This document shows positions 17,226 through 26,330 of a stretch of DNA of 31,970 nucleotides, in pieces. Source of the stretch: Woeseiaceae bacterium (GTDB taxonomy: Bacteria; Pseudomonadota; Gammaproteobacteria; Steroidobacterales; Woeseiaceae); the NCBI GenBank assembly GCA_036526055.1, contig DATCZF010000219.1, positions 1 through 31,970 of the forward strand, written 5' to 3'. The notes beneath the pieces are model-generated. The model saw only the letters and a program-made list of their open reading frames with translations. It was not told the DNA's origin and made no database searches. How positions within the stretch are numbered: the stretch's first letter is position 1; each line of letters starts with the position of its first letter. The position numbers were made by a program, and so were the translations under genes.

Positions 17226-18275
17226 GTGAACGCAAGACGATTGATCGAAGCCTTCACCACCTGGACGCAGGATGGGGAGACGCTGGTGCTGGCGAGGGTA
17301 TTCAGGACGCAGGGTTCGACCTACAGCAAAGCAGGCGAGTGCATGTTATTGACCGCAGACGGGCGGTTTCAGGGCATGCTTTCGGGTGGCTGCCTGGAAG
17401 GTGACCTTGCCGAGAGGGCGAAGCAGGTCACAGAGTCGGGCCAATCGCAGACCGCGACCTATGATCTCGGCAAGGACGACGAACTCTGGGGCCTTGGCGT
17501 CGGTTGCGATGGCATCATGCACATTCTTCTGCAGCCCCTCCGCGTTGCGGACGGTTACCAGCCGTTTGCCGGCATCATCGCGGCGTTGCGAGGGACATCG
17601 CAGGTCGTGTGCGCCACCGTGGTCGAATCCGGCATGCCTGAGCTGGCGCTAGGCACGACGGTCGTTATCGACCAGCAGGCATCGGCGCTGAAAACATTGC
17701 CGGGAGAACTGGCTCGCCAGGTCGAGGGCAGCATCACTGAAATACGCAGGTCAGGTCAGTCTGCGCTCGTCAGCTACGAGCAGGACGGAACAACGGCGAA
17801 ATTATTGCTCGCGACATTGCGACCCTCGCCGCGATTGTTGTTGCTTGGAGCAGGGCTCGATGCCGTGCCACTGGTCAACATGGCGAGGGAGCTTGGCTGG
17901 ACAGTGGAAGTGGCCGATCATCGACCGGCCAATTTTTCGGGCGGTCGTTTCGCCAACGCGGACGTCTGCCACTGTGACTCAGTGCAGGCGTTGATCGAAA
18001 CAATCGCATTCAGCCAGTTCGATGCCATTGTAATAATGTCGCATCACCTCGAGACCGACAGAAAATTTCTCGCGGCAATCGCATCCGCAACAACGCCGTA
18101 TGTTGGCTTGCTCGGGCCAAGAGCCAGGCGCGATCGCCTGCTAGCGGCACTGGGGGCAAAGGGGGCGAATCTGTCCGAACGACTGCACGGGCCAGCCGGA
18201 CTTGATATCGGCGCGCGCGGGCCGGAAGGCATTGCCCTGTCGATCCTCGCTGAAATACAACGGGAACTGGCCTAG
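17226..18275 (+). CDS. xdhC: XdhC/CoxF-family molybdenum-cofactor sulfuration/insertion chaperone
   Basis: GSTYSKAGE, GMLSGGCLEGDL, GLGVGCDG, LLLGAGLDA, YVGLLGPRARR, GPAGLDIGARGPEGIALSILAEI. Confidence 0.9.
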   Translation: MNARRLIEAFTTWTQDGETLVLARVFRTQGSTYSKAGECMLLTADGRFQGMLSGGCLEGDLAERAKQVTESGQSQTATYDLGKDDELWGLGVGCDGIMHILLQPLRVADGYQPFAGIIAALRGTSQVVCATVVESGMPELALGTTVVIDQQASALKTLPGELARQVEGSITEIRRSGQSALVSYEQDGTTAKLLLATLRPSPRLLLLGAGLDAVPLVNMARELGWTVEVADHRPANFSGGRFANADVCHCDSVQALIETIAFSQFDAIVIMSHHLETDRKFLAAIASATTPYVGLLGPRARRDRLLAALGAKGANLSERLHGPAGLDIGARGPEGIALSILAEIQRELA

Positions 18276-18934
18276 TCGTTCGACGGATTCCGGCGGAACA
18301 TGAATGCGGCACTCAGCATGTTGACCAGCTCGTCAATAGTCGCCGTTTGGCAGACATCCAGGCCGGTCGTCTGCCTGATTTCGTGGGATGCACCGAACAG
18401 CGCACTGCCCCCCATGCGCAACAGGTTGTAGATCAGCGCCGGGTCACCCGGTACGACGACGCCTTCTGCCTGCCCTCTGCGGATTGCTTGTTCGCCAAAA
18501 CGATAGAGTGGTTTGAGATACCTTTCGCCAAGCCAGTCAAGGCGCTCGTTGGGGAGTGCCGATTCATGCATGATCATGCGATGCAGTTGCGGATGATCGG
18601 CCGCAAACTGGACGTATACCCTGATCAGTGCCTGCAGCTGCTGCTGGGTCGGTTTTGCGGCGAGCTCAGTAATGGCAGCTTCAAATTGCTCGACAATGCC
18701 CTGGAACGCAGCGTCGACTGCAGCTTTCCACAAGGTCAGCTTGTTGTCGAAGTGATAGGTAATCAGCGGGTGGTGGACGTCAGCCCTGTCGGCGATTGCC
18801 CGAGTCGAGGTACCTTCGAAGCCATGCTCTGAAAACGCCGCCAGGGCGGCGCTCAGCAGTTTGTTACGTGTAACGACGCTTCGATCCTGCACTCGGCGCG
18901 ATTTTGCCGTGGGCGCCGGTGTTTCCTTTACCAT
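18272..18934 (-). CDS. TetR/AcrR-family transcriptional regulator
   Basis: AFSEHGFEGTSTRAIADRADVHHPLITYHFDNKLTLW HTH. Stop codon overlaps the xdhC stop (convergent). Confidence 0.9.
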   Translation of the reverse strand: MVKETPAPTAKSRRVQDRSVVTRNKLLSAALAAFSEHGFEGTSTRAIADRADVHHPLITYHFDNKLTLWKAAVDAAFQGIVEQFEAAITELAAKPTQQQLQALIRVYVQFAADHPQLHRMIMHESALPNERLDWLGERYLKPLYRFGEQAIRRGQAEGVVVPGDPALIYNLLRMGGSALFGASHEIRQTTGLDVCQTATIDELVNMLSAAFMFRRNPSND

Positions 18935-18994
18935 TCCTGCCAGACCTTGGTTGCCAGATTTCTGGCAGAAAAAGCGTCTGCCAAACGTTCTAAA

Positions 18995-19023
18995 AGTTTA
19001 CTGAAATGGAAACTTTCAGTCCA
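18995..19023 (-). promoter_or_regulatory. Candidate sigma70 promoter of the TetR gene with an operator palindrome in its spacer
   Basis: Minus strand -35 TGGACT (19023-19018), 17-nt spacer, -10 TAAACT (19000-18995). ACTGAAA-N7-TTTCAGT at 19000-19020. Confidence 0.55.
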
Positions 19024-19076
19024 GCTATGGCCCTGTATGGTTGCATAATATGGCACGCCGTGATTTGAAGCGGCAT

Positions 19077-21749
19077 TTACTGCAATGCAAAAGTGAGCCT
19101 CAGGACCGAGCTGATTCGCGTGGCTTCGCCGTTGCTCATCACCGGTTCAAAAGTCCACTGGCTCAGCGCCTCTATCGAGGCCTTATTGAACATTGATCCG
19201 GGTTTTGAATTCACTACCTCGACTTCTTCGACCAGGCCGGCCTCATTCACGGTAAATCGCAGTTCCACCCATCCGGTCACCTGGCGCCGTTTGGCGGCCC
19301 GGGGAAATTGCGGTTCGATGACTTTGATGGGGGTCAGTTCACCGAAGCTGACTTCCTGGAGTTTTGCATCGGCAGCCGCAATTTCATTCTCCGCGCTGGC
19401 TGGCGGGGTCAAATCGTCAGCCGGCGGCGCTAAAAGCTGATCGATGGCAAATACTGCCGGGTCCGCTGCGGAATTCTCTGCCACGCTGTCGCCGGCTTCC
19501 GGTGATTGCTCCGTCAGGATCTCGGCGCTGTCCGCGGTGATGCTTTCCGCTTCGGGTTCCTGCGGCTCAGGCACGCGGGTTTCCTGCTCGCCCGGTCCGG
19601 CTGAGGCAGTGCGTTGCGGCTTGCTGACGGCCGATTCGTTATGCAAGTCGAGAAGTTGCTCCCATGCCAGCGCCAGGCGTGATTCGGCATCAGCGAGGCC
19701 GGCGCCCTGGGGAGCAAGCTCGCGGGCCTCTGCCAGCAGGCCGTGTGCTTCACGCAGGCGCTTGGCGTCGATCTCGCCGTAGGCAGCTGTAACCAGCTTC
19801 GTGGCGACCGTCGAAAGCCCGGCTTGGGCGGACTGGTTGCCCGGGTCTGCGGCAAGCACCTGCTCAAAATAATAGCGGGCGTTGTTGCCGTCCGGTTTCA
19901 CCAGCTGGCCCTGCTGCAATTTCACGTCGGCGAGGCGCAGCCAGTGTTCAATGCGGCTGGTGCCCAATGCGGCATCGAGTTCGCTACGCACCGCGTCCAC
20001 ACCGGCAGTCTCCGCCGGCAGTAATGCGAGCGCGTTGCCAATATGCCTGGATGCGTCGTCAAACCGACCGTCGCCGATAGCGCTGCGTGCCAGGGCCAGT
20101 TCTGCTGACTGTTCAACCCTGTCCAGGGCCAGTCCCAGCTCGGTCAAACGTGCATTGTCGCTGTCAGCCTGCTCGACAATTTCGAGGGCGCTTGCAGCTG
20201 CCTCGATTTGTCCGTTCTGAATTGCCACTTCCGCGCCATCGAGTATTTCTTCGACCAGGCCACGGTATTCACTGACGATGGCGGCGTCATTGGCGCCATT
20301 GGCGAGTGCAAGGCTGTAGAGTTCGATCGCATTTGCGCCTGGCGGGGAGATCAGTTGCCCTGCCTCTCGCGCATTGCGCGCCGCGGACAGGTATTCGCTG
20401 CCGGGCCCGATGGGGGCTGTAGTTCTATCGGCTGCGGTCGTCAACACCGCCGGCTCGGTAGCCGCTGGCATCCAGGCAGCCAGGTTTGGCGCCACCCGGT
20501 CCCACTGCAATCCGACCAGTGCAGCCGCGCCTGCGAAAAGGACGAACATCACGAACTTCGGCCTGCGCAGGGCCTGCTGCGCACCGCGCGCGAAGAGCCG
20601 CAGCAACCCGGCAAGCATTATCAACAGGAAGCGCGACACGCTTATCAGCGTTTGGCCGGCGCTTCGTGCCAGCCATAACAGGAATTTGCCAAATGCTTTG
20701 AGACCGCTGGCCACCGCCGATGCAGACGCACTTTGCTCATTGCGGCGCCGGCCCCCGGCAACCGCCTCATCAGCCATTGCCGGCAGCGGGAATTCGATGT
20801 CACTTTGATCGAAAGCTTCGTCCGGTGCATCAAAGTGATGCTTTACCGAGGCCTCGATCGCGAGCCGTGCCCTGCCTGGCGAAACCGGCTTGAGCAGAAA
20901 ACGGTATACGCGGCCACGATTGATCAGCTCCATCATCAGGTCGCCGTCGTCGCGGCGGCCGGCAACAATGTTAACCAGTCGTGGCGCCGCCTGCCGCAGC
21001 TGTGCGGTCAGTTCGTTGATCTCCGTGCTGACGATGGCTGCATCGGTCAATACGACGCCTATACCGTTGTCCTGGTTCAGGCGAATGGCCTGTTCGATGT
21101 CGCTCGCATGGCGTACGTGGTGAATACCCCGTGCGGCTTCCTTGACCGTGGCAAGAAATTCGTCGTCCCGGGTAATGACCAGAATATCGGTGTTACGCGG
21201 CATGTCTTCCGGCGGAAGTTCGAAATCGAGGCTTTGCGGCAGGCGAAACCGCCCGGTGCCGTCGCTGATGACACTGATGCCGCTATCGTCCGTTTCCATG
21301 ACGATGTGCTCTTCGGCGGCTTCGTCAACATCGGCTGATCTGTCGTTTGCGGAATCGGATAGTGCCGACAGGCGCACCTTGTGTGTGGCGTCGTCGACCA
21401 GTTCTCTTAACAGCCGGGGGTTGGGCTCGCCCCGCACAATACGGAACAGTTCTTCAGCGCCGACAACGGCGCTGTCAGCGTGCTCAGCCTCGGCCAGTAG
21501 CAAAATACAGACGGTTTCCGGCGAGCGCTTGCTGGCTTCCCGCAGCGCGTCGGCGCCACTCATGCCGGGCAGGTCATATACGGAAATGATGACATCGATC
21601 GGCGTCGAGCCGAGCGTTTCCAGGGCTTCGATACCCGACGTGGCCGTATGTACGGCATAGCGGCTGTTGAAGCCGCTGCTCAACTGGTCGAGTGTGCGTT
21701 GCTCGCTATGCAGCAACAGCACCTGTGTCTTGAAATACTCTAGTCCCAA
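19077..21749 (-). CDS. Multidomain inner-membrane protein: two receiver-like domains, TM helix, helical (TPR-like) repeats, acidic/Pro linker, C-terminal TonB_C domain
   Basis: REC1 ~aa 8-122 (DVIISVYDLPGMSG). REC2 ~aa 187-305 (VVLTD ... RGRVYRFLLKP). TM ~aa 399-415. TonB_C ~aa 805-890 (EPQFPRAAKRRQVTGWVELRFTVNEAGLV ... ALSQWTFEP). TTG start with GGAGAAGG upstream. Confidence 0.82.
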   Translation of the reverse strand: MGLEYFKTQVLLLHSEQRTLDQLSSGFNSRYAVHTATSGIEALETLGSTPIDVIISVYDLPGMSGADALREASKRSPETVCILLLAEAEHADSAVVGAEELFRIVRGEPNPRLLRELVDDATHKVRLSALSDSANDRSADVDEAAEEHIVMETDDSGISVISDGTGRFRLPQSLDFELPPEDMPRNTDILVITRDDEFLATVKEAARGIHHVRHASDIEQAIRLNQDNGIGVVLTDAAIVSTEINELTAQLRQAAPRLVNIVAGRRDDGDLMMELINRGRVYRFLLKPVSPGRARLAIEASVKHHFDAPDEAFDQSDIEFPLPAMADEAVAGGRRRNEQSASASAVASGLKAFGKFLLWLARSAGQTLISVSRFLLIMLAGLLRLFARGAQQALRRPKFVMFVLFAGAAALVGLQWDRVAPNLAAWMPAATEPAVLTTAADRTTAPIGPGSEYLSAARNAREAGQLISPPGANAIELYSLALANGANDAAIVSEYRGLVEEILDGAEVAIQNGQIEAAASALEIVEQADSDNARLTELGLALDRVEQSAELALARSAIGDGRFDDASRHIGNALALLPAETAGVDAVRSELDAALGTSRIEHWLRLADVKLQQGQLVKPDGNNARYYFEQVLAADPGNQSAQAGLSTVATKLVTAAYGEIDAKRLREAHGLLAEARELAPQGAGLADAESRLALAWEQLLDLHNESAVSKPQRTASAGPGEQETRVPEPQEPEAESITADSAEILTEQSPEAGDSVAENSAADPAVFAIDQLLAPPADDLTPPASAENEIAAADAKLQEVSFGELTPIKVIEPQFPRAAKRRQVTGWVELRFTVNEAGLVEEVEVVNSKPGSMFNKASIEALSQWTFEPVMSNGEATRISSVLRLTFALQ

Positions 21750-21799
21750 CGACCTTCTCCTGAATTACTGATTTCCGCAGACTGTATTTCCGGGATTTG

Positions 21800-21894
21800 A
21801 GTATATCGACGAGAAACAACACAAACGCCTGGGACCGGCGTTTTGCGTCCAGAATTGTGACGGGGCTCACACACGGTGTGCGGCCGGGGTCACA
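21800..21894 (-). promoter_or_regulatory. Candidate CRP/Clp/Vfr-family-activated promoter of the receiver-TonB gene
   Basis: -10 TATACT (minus strand, 21805-21800) with a poor -35. Perfect TGTGA-N6-TCACA at 21856-21871. Weaker TGCGG-N6-TCACA at 21879-21894. Confidence 0.6.
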
Positions 21895-21993
21895 TTTTTT
21901 CTTCTGGAGAAGATTTGGGCGTTGCGCAACCCATGGAAACCGGGGCGCGCGCGATTTGACTTTGGTGTGCGCGCCAGCGCTAAACGTGTTGTT

Positions 21994-23907
21994 CTAACGA
22001 CGCTCCGCGATTTCCTGCTGCAGCGCTGCAAGCGCCTCGGCGAAGGGCAAAACGGCCTGCTCCCTGGAACCGAGCCGGCGCATTGCCACCGTGCGGTTTT
22101 CCACTTCGCGCTGGCCGACGGCAAGGATCACCGGCACCTTGGCAACGCTGTGCTCGCGCACTTTGTAAGAGATCTTCTCGTTGCGCAGATCGGCCTCGGC
22201 GGTAATACCGGCGGCCAGCAGCTCGCGAACCAGGTCTTCGGCGTAATCGTTCGCCTCGGACGTGATCGTGGCGATCACAGCCTGGGTCGGCGCAAGCCAC
22301 AGCGGGAGATTGCCGGCGTGATGCTCCAGCAATATGGCGGTGAAGCGCTCCAGTGAACCGAACATTGCCCGATGCAGCATCACCGGCGTATGTTTCTGGC
22401 CGTCCTCGCCAATATAGGTTGCTCCGAGCCGATCGGGCAGATTCAGGTCGACCTGCAACGTGCCGCACTGCCAGTCGCGACCGATCGCGTCACGCAATAC
22501 GAATTCGAGCTTGGGTCCGTAAAATGCGCCTTCGCCCGGGTTGTAGCTGAATTCCAGCCCGGTTGATTCGATCGCAGCCCGCAACGCTGCTTCCGCCTCG
22601 TCCCACACGGCATCGTCGCCAACGCGGATTTCGGGTCGATCGGCGAACTTGATCAGGACCTTGTCGAAACCGAAATCCCGGTATATGCCGAGGATCAAAT
22701 CACAAACCGCGATCGATTCTTCGCTGATCTGGTCGCGCGAACAGAAAATATGCGCATCGTCCTGCGTGAAGGCGCGCACGCGCAGCATGCCGTGCAAAGC
22801 GCCGGAGGGTTCGTAGCGATGCACCTTGCCGAATTCGGCGATACGTCGCGGCAGGTCCCGGTAGCTCGTAATGCCCTGCTTGAAGACCTGCACGTGGCCC
22901 GGGCAGTTCATCGGTTTGAGCGCGAAGACCCGGCCGTCCTCGGTGTCGGTCGTGTACATGTGCTGGCCGAACGATTCCCAGTGGCCCGAAGCCTCCCAAA
23001 GTGATCGATCCATGACCTCGGGCGTGTTCACTTCCTCGTAGCCCGCATTCCGCTGCCGCTCACGCATGTAGTCGATCAGTCTCTGGAACAGGCGCCAGCC
23101 ACGCGGATGCCAGAAGACTCCGCCGGGAGCCTCTTCCTGGAAATGAAACAGGTCCATCTGTTTGGCCAGCCTGCGGTGATCGCGTTTTTCCGCTTCCTCG
23201 AGCTGTTGCAAATACTGGCGCAATTGCTTGTCGTTCGCCCACGCCGTGCCGTAAATGCGCTGCAACATTGCGTTCTTCGAGTCGCCGCGCCAATAGGCGC
23301 CCGACACGCGAGTCAGCTTGAAGGCTTTGCCGAGCTTTCCCGTCGATGGCAGGTGTGGTCCGCGGCAGAGGTCCGCAAAGTCTCCCTGGCGATATACGGT
23401 GAGTGTTTCACCTGCAGGAATATCCTCGATGATTTGCGCCTTGTATTCCTCGCCGAGCTCGCGGAAAAAGGCGACGGCCTCATCCCGTTGCCAGACTTCG
23501 CGATGAATGGCTTCGTCGCGATCGACGATCTCTTTCATTCGCGCCTCGATTGTTTCGAGGTCCTCCGGCGTAAACGGTTGCTCGCGGGCAAAGTCGTAAT
23601 AAAAGCCATTGTCGATCGCCGGGCCGATGGTTACCTGGGTATCCGGGTACAGCTCCTTCACGGCCTCCGCCATGACATGCGCGGAATCGTGGCGCAGCAG
23701 TTCCAGGCCATCTGCCGAATCGCGGGTAATGATTTCGACCTGCGCCCCGTCCTCGATTTCCCGGCTGATGTCGCGCAACTCGCCGTTTACGCGAACAGCC
23801 ACGGCATCGCGTGCGAGCCCGCTGCCGATACTGGCCGCCAGCTCCATTCCGGTTACCGGTTGCTCGAAAGTCTTTGCAGACCCGTCAGGTAGAGTAATCT
23901 TTGCCAT
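21994..23907 (-). CDS. thrS: Threonyl-tRNA synthetase
   Basis: TGS domain ITLPDGS, editing domain [45 protein letters not shown] (Zn ligands Cys/His/His), anticodon domain [12 protein letters not shown]. Confidence 0.98.
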   Translation of the reverse strand: MAKITLPDGSAKTFEQPVTGMELAASIGSGLARDAVAVRVNGELRDISREIEDGAQVEIITRDSADGLELLRHDSAHVMAEAVKELYPDTQVTIGPAIDNGFYYDFAREQPFTPEDLETIEARMKEIVDRDEAIHREVWQRDEAVAFFRELGEEYKAQIIEDIPAGETLTVYRQGDFADLCRGPHLPSTGKLGKAFKLTRVSGAYWRGDSKNAMLQRIYGTAWANDKQLRQYLQQLEEAEKRDHRRLAKQMDLFHFQEEAPGGVFWHPRGWRLFQRLIDYMRERQRNAGYEEVNTPEVMDRSLWEASGHWESFGQHMYTTDTEDGRVFALKPMNCPGHVQVFKQGITSYRDLPRRIAEFGKVHRYEPSGALHGMLRVRAFTQDDAHIFCSRDQISEESIAVCDLILGIYRDFGFDKVLIKFADRPEIRVGDDAVWDEAEAALRAAIESTGLEFSYNPGEGAFYGPKLEFVLRDAIGRDWQCGTLQVDLNLPDRLGATYIGEDGQKHTPVMLHRAMFGSLERFTAILLEHHAGNLPLWLAPTQAVIATITSEANDYAEDLVRELLAAGITAEADLRNEKISYKVREHSVAKVPVILAVGQREVENRTVAMRRLGSREQAVLPFAEALAALQQEIAERR

Positions 23908-23928
23908 TGTTCGTCTGATGTTCGTCTG
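23908..23928. repeat. Tandem 10-bp direct repeat abutting the thrS start codon
   Basis: TGTTCGTCTG at 23908-23917 and 23919-23928 (CAGACGAACA twice on the thrS strand). Confidence 0.7.
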
Positions 23929-24048
23929 CTAACAGTTGGCCCGAGGGCAAGGCGCGCTATTGTAAGCGATTTACTGCCCGCGCTTCGACAGGGTCAGGCC
24001 ATTTAGTGGTGTACAATTTGCATTTTCCGGCAACAAATCAAGGTAAAA

Positions 24049-24555
24049 ATGAAGGATACGGGTGCAAAACGGCGCTTTCCGCCGGCAAAACACGATCATG
24101 AGCACTGCATGGCTACCGCTCTCAGCACAGCCGAGGCGCTGTGCCGAAGTCGCGGGCTGCGGTTCACGCGGCTGCGCCGCAGGGTGCTTGAACTGGTCTG
24201 GAACAGCCACCAGCCTGCCGGTGCCTATGACATTCTCGCGGCGCTCAATGACGAGGGTAAGCGCGCAGCCCCGCCAACGGTCTATCGGGCACTCGATTTT
24301 CTGATTGAGGCGCAGCTGGTGCATCGGCTGGATAGCCTGAATGCCTACATCGGGTGTTCCGATCCGAGCAATGCCCATGACGGCCAGTTCCTGATCTGCA
24401 GGAGCTGTCGCTCCGTGGCCGAGCTGGATGACAGCGATCTGCAGGCGACCGTTGCGAACCGTGCCGCCAGTCTTGGCTTTACCGCCGTCCACCAGGTGCT
24501 CGAAGTGCAGGGTATCTGTGCAACCTGCGCGGCGACAGGGCAGGCTGCACAATGA
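24049..24555 (+). CDS. zur: Fur-family regulator, Zur-like
   Basis: N-terminal HDHEHC, RRRVLELV, GAYDIL, PPTVYRALDFL, VHRLDSLNAYIGC, FLICRSC and GICATC (two CxxC). Confidence 0.85.
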   Translation: MKDTGAKRRFPPAKHDHEHCMATALSTAEALCRSRGLRFTRLRRRVLELVWNSHQPAGAYDILAALNDEGKRAAPPTVYRALDFLIEAQLVHRLDSLNAYIGCSDPSNAHDGQFLICRSCRSVAELDDSDLQATVANRAASLGFTAVHQVLEVQGICATCAATGQAAQ

Positions 24556-24639
24556 GCTTGCGGTAAAACACTCGTTAGCGCCGTTGCGTTGACATACAAT
24601 AGCGCCCCTCGAAAACTCGCAAATACTCGAAGAATATTC

Positions 24640-26322
<1,683 letters not shown>

Positions 26323-26330
26323 TTTCTCGG

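Noticed and set aside
23908-24048. Zur box between thrS and zur
   Set aside because: The best alignment to the GAAATGTTATA-N-TATAACATTTC-type consensus (around 24004-24026) matches only part of one half-site.
24589-24600. TTGACA directly followed by TACAAT upstream of glnS
   Set aside because: Zero spacing cannot form one promoter. Each hexamer may belong to a separate weak promoter, but I cannot support either.
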